DNA of 64,000 nucleotides, taken from the IMG/VR virus record IMGVR_UViG_3300025401_000648; one strand, 5' to 3'. Shown one piece after another: positions 44,401-56,500 of the stretch (the stretch's first letter is position 1; each line of letters starts with the position of its first letter). The position numbers and the translations under genes are program-made. Origin of the DNA: a virus (lineage: Duplodnaviria; Caudoviricetes). Under the pieces are notes generated by a model that saw nothing but the letters and a program-made list of their open reading frames with translations, was not told the DNA's origin and searched no databases.

Positions 44401-44527
44401 CGTAGCCAGTAAAACTATTTGGTAAATTACCAAAATTGAATCTCTTGGTAATTTGATTGTCAACTACTACAAAATAAGTTTCGTTTGTGGCAGTTGTCAA
44501 TAATGGTAATGTGGTAATTTGTGGCAT
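41465..44527 (-). CDS. Collagen-like Gly-X-Y fibre protein with G[YF][TAS]GSx hexads
   Basis: Start at ATG 44527 (SD AAGGA); long Gly-X-Y runs interrupted by two beta-rich inserts; S/T/V-rich C-domain. Confidence 0.8.
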   Translation of the reverse strand: MPQITTLPLLTTATNETYFVVVDNQITKRFNFGNLPNSFTGYAGSQGYAGSASVGFAGSVGPQGPVGYTGSSGAIGYFGSTGYAGSAGSNGFAGSKGYTGSTGYAGSAGVIGYNGSFGFTGSKGYTGSAGQLAGLYISITDSGLGSFLINGLNTNIINLARGFTYYFTVNSPSHGFYIVDHYTDNNSAPYTTGVTNNGATVGTVTFSVPMNAPDTLAYQTNNLPSMNGVINISNVGIGYTGSKGDPGGYTGSAGAPGTPGGYTGSIGASGYTGSVGRIGYSGSIGNLGYTGSVGSIGFTGSASSVPGPQGPPGGYTGSASNVSGPQGPRGYTGSVGNIGKTGFTGSVSEVPGPTGPQGPPGGYTGSVGAQGPQGYTGSLGYSGSIGYTGSASTVSGPQGFQGFSGSKGDAGGYTGSVGPQGPQGYAGSQGYAGSLGYTGSIGPQGFTGSASSVSGPLGYTGSVGFTGSVGPQGYTGSASNVIGPTGYSGSTGFTGSFGPQGPQGYTGSASSVSGPLGYSGSLGYTGSVGYTGSASNVSGPQGPNGFTGSRGFSGSIGAASQIGYTGSVGAQGNPGGYTGSQGYTGSVGYWGSAGYWGSVGYTGSQGITGFTGSFGVTGFTGSQGYSGSVGYTGSIGLGFLVTTATSTATNIALVSPGTTFSFTATNIALSAYTTSQSIVLLSSPGGVVNPANYISSIITSITGTTVTTQVYSVYGSGTFTSWQFILSGVVGKNGYAGSTGYAGSIGPQGYSGSIGGLGYSGSQGYAGSVGYWGSVGYAGSQGITGFTGSFGTQGFAGSKGDAGGYTGSASTVQGPRGYSGSQGAYASIGFTGSKGDPGGYTGSIGTTGYTGSSGLGYAGSAGATGYTGSASTVSGPIGYAGSVGPVGYSGSAGAGTRVTVTTATSVLAAGTTATTIVLGYKSYVLSKVVTDQPAWVRIYTDATSLSNDSSRNQSTDPTAGSGVIADVITTSGSLTQLITPGVVGFNNDTITNSTVYLAVTNNSGSSSAVNVTLTLLGLEQ
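41845..44415 (-). repeat. Degenerate 18-bp (hexapeptide) coding repeats
   Basis: Dozens of GYTGS/GFTGS/GYAGS units and recurring GPQG and GGYTGS blocks; coordinates approximate. Confidence 0.9.
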
Positions 44528-44528
44528 T

Positions 44529-47500
44529 TTATAATCCTTCAATCGGGTTATTATTTTGATCTGTTAAGACAAATCCTGTTTCAGTTGTTATATCAGGATC
44601 TCCACCGCTGTAGTAGCTATTTGGCAATACAGCTGGTCGAGCTTGTATAAATTTAGCCTGTTCAGTAGTACTATCCAATAATGAAACGCCATTGTTCCAT
44701 AATGTGGTATCCGAGAATTCTTTCTTAATAATAACCAATTTAATGTTGTCCCCTACTCCTTGTAGTGTATTTAACGTAATTTGTTGACTGACTGGACTTA
44801 CAAAGGTCAAGGGCCAAGCTATGGTGGCTGCCTGAGCAAGTCCAAATCCCCATCCATTAAATAGACTGTTATGCCCTGCCGAAATAATGGGATACTTGGC
44901 GCCGTTAGCATCAATCAATGTCCATCCTGCAGCTATCTGCTGAGTGGAGGTGTTTTGAGACAACACCCACCCTGAACCATTAGGTGGTTGGGCACCAAGT
45001 ACATCTACTGCGATAGCCCCAACGGTTATCTGCGTAGCAGTGATACTGAACTCAGGCGGCAAATAGTTTAAACCAGTATAGACATACCCGTTTACAGCAT
45101 CGGCTGCTATTGAATTTGTATAAATCCAGACTTTGTTAGTAGATGTAACAATATATGCTGTGTTTATTACTGTAGTTGAAGGCAACAATGATTCTGTAGA
45201 AACAGATCCAGTAATTTTAAATGTTGGACTATCATATGATAAAGTTGTATCTTGATAATATGTACCAACTTTATTCAACTGATATCCGCCATAATAAACT
45301 TGTACTTGATCCATAGCTGGTATTCCTGAAGATAAAGTTATACCATCCCCAGTCGCCGTACTAGCAGTGGTCAAAATAGTATATGTGGCAGTTGTACTGG
45401 TTGTATATAATGTTTGTGTATAAATGCTTTCATTAAATGGTATTGTTTGACTTGGACTTTGATCAATAACTGTGGTATAAATGTCTGAATAAGTCTTAGG
45501 ACTTGTGCCCAATGTTGATCTACGCAACTGACTTAATACATTTCCAGTGATTGTAAAGAACTCAATGCGCTCACCAGCAATCATTACAACTCCTGGAATT
45601 TTCTTGGATGGTATAGCAGGAGTCAGCACACTAGTATCATTAACATGAATTTCAGTATCTGTTAAGTTTAACGGTTGAGTTAGGTATGTGGAATTTTTAG
45701 CAGATATACGTTTGAATGAAGTTCTATTGAATATATCATTAAAAATTCTGTAACCCAACACAGTGGATGCCAATGTGTGATTGGCAATATATGTTATCAC
45801 AATCGTATTAGCCACACCAATCAAATACTTGTCGCTGATTTGTATTGTAACTCCATCACTCAAAATTTGATAGTCTACATTATTAACTAGCGGCACTCCA
45901 TCTAACACCAACCACAAATAGTTTGTGTTTAAAGGAGGAGCAGTGATCTTAAATTGGTTGGATATTGTGCCCTTAAATCGTTCTGTTCTCAACAACATTC
46001 CATCTTGATCAGTGTATGTTATAACTCTAATAGTAGTTCCAAGTGTGGGACTTGACAATATTAAATTAGATCCTTCAATATTAAAATCGTATCCATCCCC
46101 CGGTTGTTGATACAAATCAACCACCGCAACCACATCACCGTCTGAAACACCACTATAGCTAATGGTTATTGTATTGACTAAATTGTCAACTATGAAATCA
46201 AATCCACCACTTAGTTTAATGCCGTTGACGTAGACTTCTACACTGTTATTGGCTATGGCATATACCCCAGTTGGTCTTGGTCTACTGTTATTAATTTTAA
46301 ATGTTAAATTACCGTTGGTCACTGTGTAATAACTTACATAAGGTCCTACCAATTGTCTTGAATTTTGTTGAACTATGACATTTGACACTGCTGGTCCAAT
46401 ATTTCCAGGAGCTGGATTTAACGCATAGGTATTTACGGCGCCATCTGTAATTGTAATGAATTGATCTGTTATTTCATTGAAATAGTTGTGAGCAGATGTA
46501 AAGAACCATGCCTGAATAGTATTTGTCCCTGGAGGTAAATTGTAAACGGTCACTGCCGCACGAGTATCAGCCCCGTCAACAACTGGCCCTAATACATAAC
46601 CATAACCTGTAGAAGTAGTTTGTAGGGACACTGATGATCCATTAACTGTGACAAATGCGCTGTTGATAGATCCAAATTCAAAATTACAATATACTTGAGC
46701 ATTAGATACATCTGTTACTGTAACAGAATTATATGCCACAACCCCAGCATCATTACCACTTCCGCCGCCTACACTGATAATTGTATATCCAATTATTGCA
46801 CTATAATTTACGTATACACTTAATTGACTGGTTGCCCAATCAATGCTAAATTGTCCAGGTGTTAAATTAGTAGATGTGGTATATGAGTATACTTGCTGGA
46901 ATCCGTCAGTGACCGTTATACTTGCTGTTGTAGTTGGTAAAATAGGCAAGGTAATTGTACCGGTAGTACCACCAACAATATTAAAATTTCCACTGACAAC
47001 TATTGGAGCACCTGACGGTGTTTTGGTATAAACATTAATCCCAAGACTATCACTCGACCCACCTGCTACCAATTCTTCCGGAGCATAGCTATCATCAGGA
47101 TTTAAAAAGCCACTACCAACTCTCGCAGTGCTGGTAGATCCGCCATCAATAATAATGTCACTTGGATTGACACCTAATGCGCCAGTTAGTATAGCCGCGT
47201 TTGTCCCAGTCCAAGTTCCGCCATCAATTGATGTATCAAGTAGGGCGGAATTAGAACCCACATTCCAAAATTCAATAACTGTTCCAGGTGGGATCGCCGA
47301 AGTTAATGTGCTACTAAATGTCACCACTGTGCCTGTGACTGCTGTCACTGTTACATCAGTTGAATAAAACACATTAGTAATTGTACTAATAATATTTGCG
47401 TATTGCCCAACTAATGTAGCCGATGCTGAGTACAATGAAATATTATTTGTTCCTGCAGTTGCTGTGGAGGTTGATGTAGTCTTGCTATAGTATTCAATGT

Positions 47501-50500
47501 CGTTGCCCCATGGTGTTGTACCAAAAGGCACATTGCTTTCATCCCATCCTGTTGTGGCATTAAACGCCAATGTTTGAAGTTGTGTTCTGGGATAGTCAAC
47601 ACCCAACATTAGTTGCCCTAGATCTAATCCAGGCATACCCGAAGTAGCTGTATAATAATTTAAAATTCTATCTGCAGCGGATTGGATACTGACGTCTTTA
47701 ACATAGGTAATTTTTAATAACTGCCCGATACCAGGAACAGCATTTAAAAATTTAATCTGACAATATTTTTTTGAATATCCATTGTATTCTTCTGTGAAGT
47801 ATTCAATAGTATAATCAGAGTATAACACACGTAGCCCATCCAATGTCATAATAATCAAAGATTTATTAGGTACAGCGAGCCACCTTAACACAAATGAAGT
47901 TGCAGATCCATTACATATGAATTGGTCAGTAGTAGTTGTATTTCCAATTTGTCCACTGGCTGAAATTCTATCAAATTTCATTGTAATGTCAAAATTACGT
48001 ATTGGATCTAGAGCAGATGTTGAATCTTCAAAATCTGAGGTATAAGTAGCAGTTGGTTCTACAACAGAATATTGTTCTGTAAAATTCCTAATTTGTGTAT
48101 GATAAGGTTTTACTTCTTCAATATAGTTTTCAAAGTTTGTGCTACTGGTTACCAAATATACTGAAGGCTGTGCCAGCACGCCTGCTTCATTAGTAATACT
48201 GATAAATGATGTTTTGAATGCCCAGTCTAATAATTTTTGTTCTGTGAACGCATACTTAACTGCCTTAAAGAAGAATAAATTCCAATTTACTCGTAATTCG
48301 TTGATAAAAATATTATCACGTAATGCCGTTAAAATATAATTCAACTCTAAATCAGGAGTTTGATCGTATAGTGTTTGATCATACGCACTGATTTCATCAT
48401 AGGCTAGGCTATTATTTTGTGTATTCCAAATATTGTCAGAAATTTGTATTGTGCCGTTCTGTGAATAAACAATGTTAAAGTGATTGCTGAATGTTCCTAC
48501 ATTACTATCAGTATACTCTAAAATAATATAGTTGCCTAATCCGTTATTTTTAACCTTAACATAATCACCGTTGTTTAAAACTAAAGAATCAATTTGATAG
48601 ACATAGTTTACAGTTGTGGTGTAGTCCTTGTGTTTATTAAAGTCGCTACTTGACCAGTCAGTATAATTCCAATATAATGTAGTATTATACGATTGAGTAC
48701 GAGCTCTTACCCACGTTTTATTTTCAATATCACGTACAAATATTGCCCATTTGCCATTGTAAGTACTATCCGATACCACTACTACTGAATAGGGTCGAAC
48801 TGTTAATATAGGTGTTGCTACATAGCCTTGACCTGCGTTAGATATTATAGCATTTATAACTCTACCATTTGAATCAATCTCTGTCTTGATCACTGCTCCA
48901 GTACCTATACCATCAACAGTCACTGTTGGCGCAGTTAGATATCCAAGACCAGGGTTAGTTATAGATACTGATCTTACTTTCCCATCATATACTGTACAGG
49001 TTAGTTCAGCGGTTACAAATAACGATGTGTCAATTGTATCAAGTTCATTAGTATCCTCGAGTGTATAATCGTATAGGTTAGAAGATACAGGCGGTATTTC
49101 TTCCTGAGCATTTAAATTAATAAAATTATAACTGCCTGTAATAATATTGTTAATTAAGATGTCATTAGCAAATTCAATTAAATTTCGTAAGGCGTTTAAT
49201 CTGTTGACAAACATTGTTTGTCTTGGTCTAATACCTATGCCATATCGTGTTCTAGAAGTTAATGCTGGATCGGGAACTAAATTGCCCACACTATCATGGC
49301 CTAATAAGCTATCAAATAATTTCTTTTCAAGTAGAGCATTAGGTAATGAAGTCTCATTACCTTCCTGTAGCAACAACCATTCTGTGTGTTTAGGAATAAT
49401 GTTATCGGTAGTATCAATAGAAATATTTAAATCAATATTACTCTTTATTAGTTCTCCACCAACATTAGCAACTATCACGGCATGTGGAGAAATTATGGAC
49501 GCATATTGTAAGCCATACCCTGTTGGGTCTTTTATAACTCGTGCCACATCATATGCGCTGACTCGTCTATTTGGAACATTAGGTACTATAACTGAATTTT
49601 TAACCCAATAATAATATCTGTAGTTATTAAACGTTTGTGTTACTGTGTCATAGGACTGTACTAGAGAATAAACGGTATTATCTGGATTTTTTGGCTGTCC
49701 ACTAACACCCAAAGTTAAACCAGCAGGAGTATCAGCCAACGCACTCCACTCAGTAGGTGATAGATTAGACCCGACCCACTCATAAACATCTATACTTGAA
49801 CCTGGAAATACTTGTCCCCAAGTATTTTTTCTAAATGTATCTTCGCCCTGTTCGTACCATTGGTATTTTACAGTACTCAAATCCCACCACAATTCGCCAA
49901 CATGATTGTCAGCCCAATTTGTCAATGTATTAATGGCATTGGCAGTAGTTCCAATAGAATAAGTAGCAGGATCTGAAATCATTTTGTACGTCAATTCTTG
50001 ATCTGCCATACCTGCGATACGACCTTTTAGCGGATCGATTACATCAAGGTAATTTACAATTTCTTCAGTTGATGTATTAATCAATCTTACTCGTTGAATA
50101 GTGTCAGTAGCAACAAGATCATTTTGACTTCTTAGCAATTTCCATCCATTGGTACTAGTATCAATCTTACTAAACAGATACACAGAACTTGCTATGGTTG
50201 AATTATCAATTGCTGGAGCACCAACTAGCGCAGTATCAGAATCAATAGTAACAGCCTTACCATAATTAGTACCGTCTGCTGTTGATACTGGTGAAAGTTC
50301 TTCAGAGAATACAAATCTACTTGCCAATCTAGTATAGATATATGCTGTGCCAGAATTATTAATTACATCATAAAATTTTGTAGAATCTGCGTCAAATGTA
50401 GTATTCCCGCCAAATTTTGATGTAGCATCAAAAGTTGTTGCCCCATGTACCCCCGATCCGACACTAGAAATTATCAACGAATTGTTTGTTGAATTGATAT

Positions 50501-53500
50501 CTATATCAGTACCAAAATGTACTCCAATAACTCCAGATGGATTTGTTAATACCTGCGACTCATAGAATGTGCCATTAATATTTTCAAAAACATACACACT
50601 ACCATAACTTCGATCAAAGTTTTCACAATAAGGAGCGCTAACAAACAAATAAGTTCCATCTGGTGATAATAGAACTTTTTGTCCAAATCCAGAACCAGCA
50701 GGCAAAGATACAGTAACCTCCTGATTAGCAACAGCGTAGCCATTAGAATTTGAAAAAATACTAACAAATGCTGGTGTATTGGTATTACCCAAAACACTGA
50801 CAGCTATCAACGATGCGTCATCTGTACCGCTAATACTATAGCCAAATTGGCTACCAACACTAAGAGGAGCCGCAAGTCGGTAGAAAAGAGTAGCAGACAC
50901 CGTACTACCACTGATGGATAAATTATAGAAATTCAGAGTTCCTGTACCTGTATTGACTGTGCCCGGAGCAGTCACAACCATTACTTTATTTGTTGTTGTA
51001 GAAGTTCTTTGTACATATATTCCTGAACCAAACAAATCGTAGTTTGAAGGGGAAGGATTATTAATGACCAGTTGCTGAACTTCTTCAAGACTTACAGAAT
51101 TTATACTGCTGATCTTTACTAGACCAGAATCAACAACACCATTAGTAGTCTGTGCGGTTGGAGCTCCAGCAAATACCAATCCATAGATTGATGATCCAAA
51201 AGCATTATCATCATAGACTACAGTTTGTCCAAAACCTGTGTCATTGTTTAATGAGTTGGCTGCGCCGCTTAACTCATTTAGGTAATAGTCTAATTTTCTA
51301 GTTAGTCCGCCATTATTATTTGTTGTATATACTGTGACACGCCCGTAATTTCCGCTTTGTACAAATCCAGGAGCGCCAACAACCACAACATTAGATCCCT
51401 TACGTTTACTGATGCTATAGCCCAATTGTTGATTATAAACATTACCAAGACTGTTTGCTGAAGACACTGAGTAGTTGTTTATTTTTTCATAAACACCCCA
51501 CTGCCCGTTGTTGGCATTGTCAATCCATACTTTGGTGCCTTCAGGTAATTTTAATAATTTTTTATCATTTGATAAATTATCAAATGTGTTAAATCTAAAA
51601 CTATCAAATTTAAATAAAAGCCCCACAGTGGTTGTAGAGGCAGAATTAGCAACATACGTAGCAGTCGATGCTATCAAGAATGAGGTTGGATTAGGCACCG
51701 CAGTTACCAAATATACACCATTCACAGTAGGATCAAATTCAGTAATGGAAACTAGTTCTCCTGAATTTAATCCATGATATCCATTGGTAGTAACTAATAC
51801 ATCAACCCCTGGAACATTGATTCCAACTGAAGCAATTTGACCATCTGATTCAGTATAACGTAATACGTCCCAATCATTATCCTGTTTGAATCCCAACCAA
51901 ACAATATCGCCTTCTTTGAATACACTAGTGCTACTAGAAACAACAGCGCTCAAAGTATCTAAATTTAAAGTTGTGTAGGATACATCATCAGCTCGCACAT
52001 ACCCAGCAGTGGTTAATTCAAAAGCATTATTAGTTAACGTTCCAGAATTTACCGCAAAGGTCATGGAACTTACATAATTTGGTGGAGTAATTTGCCAGTC
52101 AGTGGCAGTACTGTAGACTTTTAAGTCATATGCTGACACGGGTGGATTAGTTGCTGTGAACACAATCACTTGTGGATTGTCGATAAATGTTCCTTCAACC
52201 AAAGGCACTTCTAATTCATTATATGAAGAATATGATCCGTATTGTCCAACTCTAAATGCCCATTCTTCGTTATAGGTAAAATTACCTTGAAGATTTTGTA
52301 TACTGGCCTTGGCCAATTTAGCAATGGCATTGTACGTACCTTTCTCTTTAATGTATCCTTGATAAAATTTGTATTGAGCAATCGGATCAATGATAATATT
52401 TGTCAGATAAGGTCTAGGTGTATAACCAGTTAGATACTGAGCGGATTTTTGTTGACCAGAATCAAAATTATCTATATCTAAACTGTAGAAGTCTTGGAAC
52501 TGGCTAATTTTATAATCAAGATTAGGTAATAATCCTGCTGTAGGTTTTTTAGGTAGTACTTGCCATTTAGTAAAATCAAACTTTTGAGCACCGTCAATAT
52601 TGTTAATTGCCGAATAATAATTTCCAGAATAGTAAACAGCATCGCCCGCGTTATAATCTTTGTATTGTGTCCAGTCGCCTACCTTGGCAGTATCGTAAAC
52701 AAAGCCTGGACTGAAATAATCACCGTTCCAATTAGCAGTTCTAAAACCACTTAATTTCATACGCTGTTGATAAAATCCAGTTTCAATACTATATGCTGTA
52801 TTATCAAAAATTGTGGTATTGTTAAACACCATACCGTGTTCTTTTTGTACATTTCTAAATATAGCAAAATATATGCCATCATTAGAGTTTAGGGTAGTTA
52901 TTGTACAAACACCATCCTGTCGAGTAATGTTTATTCTATTTTTTGGTATCAATGTACCATTCGCAGACATCACATTGTAGGAATAAAAAGGATCAAAAAT
53001 ATCATCAACTACAGAATTAGCAGAAGTAAATTGTACTTTTTCAGCAAATGGGCTTAATGCTATTACACTATTATCTGCCCAATTTTGCGTCGACCAATAT
53101 AAAAATTCCTTTGCTGTAAAATTCCAATCAATATTAGTTCCAAAATCTGAACTGTATAAATCAAAAACAAATCTTTGATCAGTTAGCCATGCGCCGTAGC
53201 CAATAATAAAGTCGTAAACTTCTTGTATTGTATTGAACGTAGTACCATAAGAAATCTGTTTAATAGTTTTATTAAAGGTTGTAGCAATTTGAACAGTTGC
53301 GCCACCAGTCACTGGCAATGCTGAAATTTCTTGATATAATGATGGATTAAATGTACTTTCTGATTGATGTGATACAGTTACAATGTAAAAATTACTACCG
53401 TATTGTACATATTGACCTTTCTGATAAAACTTTCCAGTTGGAGAAGTATTAGCTGTAGTTGTTTGGTCAGCAGTAAGTCCTGTTTCACCGTAGCTAGTGG

Positions 53501-56500
53501 TGTTGGACCATGTAACAAACGGAGCTGTTACCCCGCCAACATTTATTGTTGGTGTTGCGGAATTTCTAACTGGAGTATAAACATTAAAATAAGGATTAGT
53601 CTGATCATATCCTTTGACTACAAATGCACCATTAACTTTTTGTAAAATAATTCCAGAAATACTAGAGTAACTGATAGGATCGCTGACATTTAAAATTAAC
53701 GAATAATCCTGTGGCGCCAATAATGCTCCAGGACTAGTAGCAGTTGGATCAATAGCATTTATAGTCACTTGAAGGGTGTTTTGACTTACAAACCCACCAA
53801 CTTTATGAAATAAGTTATAACTCAAATAATTAATATCAGACTGTAATTCTGAATTATAATTTTGTGTGCGTTGACGACCAATTTCGCTAATATAGACACT
53901 GTATCCCGCTGTTAGGGCATTATTGACACCTTGTAGTGTAATATTTTTAAGGCTTAAAAATGAATAGTCTAAATTTACACCATAAGCCCATTGGCCAGCA
54001 ATATTTTTTTGAATACGACTTGTGTCATACATTAAAGATGAATAAGCGGCAGGATATGTCAATGCCAGTAATTTTTGAACCGCAAACGGAAAATAACTAC
54101 TTCTACGCCATGCGGCTTCTGCTGGGCCTTGATCTCCAAATACCCAATTTTTTTGTTCACCTTCTGGAGTATAGTTCACTAGTAAGTTAACTGTAGGGTC
54201 TAATAAATTGCCATACTCATCTACAGGCAATATATTTGACAACCCAGGACGGGAATATAAACTGTTAATGGTATCGGTATGGGCGTTGCGTCCGTATTCT
54301 AAATCTTGCCATAACAAAGTGTTTCCAGATGTATAAGGTGCCGGTCCGTACTGAGCAGTCCACCATGATGGCTGTTCACTAAATCCCAACATCTCCCACG
54401 GGCATGTGTGAGGACGATCAGTGCCGTAAAAATATTTGTAAATTCCTCTCCAATTGCCATTTACTGGGATTCCTAATAGTTCATTATAAGATCCTGAATA
54501 GTTCCAAGTAAATTTTTCATCTTGATTAAAACTCACATTCTCAGTATAATCAACACCATATGCTCCTGCCCATTTAATAAAATCTCGAGATAATATAGTA
54601 TTAACTTCATTTAAAGAATAATCGTTGGTATTGAAGGCTCCAGGAATTACTGTGTTAATATCAAATAGGTCTGATCTATATTGAGTCTTGATATTATTAT
54701 AAATTCGTTTTTCAAATTCTAAAACAATGGCATCTCGATAATCATTATATGCCACCATGATGCTGCCATCATGCCCTTGAATAACTTTTACTGGTCCATC
54801 GGCATAGGTGTTATCTAAATAAATTGAAGGAGTAAATTTAGGATATAGTCCTAATTTAGTAGGAGTCGGTGGCACATAGCTACCCGATGTATCTGGATAT
54901 TGATTTACTGTTAAAACATCTCCAGGAGTTAATTTTGTTAATAATGTAATACTTGAGTCAGCAACATTAAATTCATAATCAACATTTAGTAATAACTGTT
55001 CGTTGTTTATGTAAACTAACATGGCTGTTAGACTTAGTACTGAAGGATCAAAATCAAAACTTAATGGATACGTTACATTTCTTGAATCTGTTACTGTCCA
55101 GGTTCTAGAATTTACATCAGTACCGTAAGGAATCATGTCAGATAGATAATACGGGCTTAGAATATTCATAGAACTATTCATAGCGGCCAAGGCCTGATCA
55201 ACTGCCAGTATTGGATTTGATTGATTGCCTAATATTAAAATCTGTTTCAAAAATCCTAATTTATACTGATTGTACTGATCGGCAGCTTTAGTAAGAGCAT
55301 TGATAACACTATGTTCCTTTTTCCCAATAAACATTTGAGCAAAAGGTATTGGGTTGACATTAGAAATTAAACGACGGCCATATTGTTCAATGCCAGCGAT
55401 ATCTCGCAAATTACCAAGTCCTGGAAATTTTCCTAAGAATTCGGGAGATCCTTCTGCCATTGTTTGTACATGATCCTGTAGATCAGTCAATGTTATGGAA
55501 GTAAGTAAACCATTTAATGGATTATTTGTAAGCCCAAGAGGAGGTTCATAATATCCCGTATCGTTAGACAGGGGAGTCTTTGAATATAGTTTAAACAATA
55601 CATTTGTACCAGTAGCTAATGGCTCGGCAAATGAAACAACAGTTTTTTCTAAAGATTTTAATAAAGTAAATTCGTTACTATGTAATTTTGAAAAATTAAC
55701 ATATACTTCAATATCATCATTGTTTGAAAAATTATCTAAGGCAGTTATAGCAATAGTTGATGTAGTCGATGTTGTTGCTTGAAATTGTAGTATAGGTATC
55801 TTATATCCGTTAGATAAGGACCACACATTTGTGTAAACATTGCCAGTACTTTCTGAAAATTTACAATAGGTAACAGCAGTCGACACTGCTAGGCTAGTTT
55901 GTCCTTGAGAAACATTGATAACATCAGAATTAAAATAGTTGGTAAACAAATAACTACCAACACTAATACTATTTTGATATTTTATTGAAAATCCTAGCAC
56001 TGAATCATATACGTCGCCAGGAGTGTAGCCAAAAATTTGATTACCTTTGAAATCTGATATGTAATGATTGGTATCACTATAACTATTTCCAACATCGTCA
56101 AATAAATCAAATAGTGGTGGCTGATTTAATTTAGTATGTTGTTGAGCATAGACCCAGTCTGTACCATTATACCACCAACTTGATCCAGCATATTTTGAAC
56201 CGTTTACAATACTAACACAGTTGCCAGTTACCGGAGTGTGATCTGGTGCTGGAATAAGTGCCAATTGTCGTGTATTACCAACTCCTGGAATATTATAAGT
56301 AACTATCCATATTTTATCTTTTACCAAAGGATCTGGGTCGTTGGTAAAAATAACACGATCACCTTGTCCCAATAATCTTGGATTGGTATTGTCATAATCA
56401 ACAAAATATCCCCACGAACCTTCAACTGATTTAAAAACATTTGTTGTTTCGGTGTCAATCCAATCAACGTTGGCAATAGCTGAATCACCAAAATTATAAA

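Noticed and set aside
41962-44463. Alternative-frame ORFs in the collagen-like gene
   Set aside because: Shadow ORFs generated by the periodic Gly-codon repeat; no starts with SD or recognisable motifs
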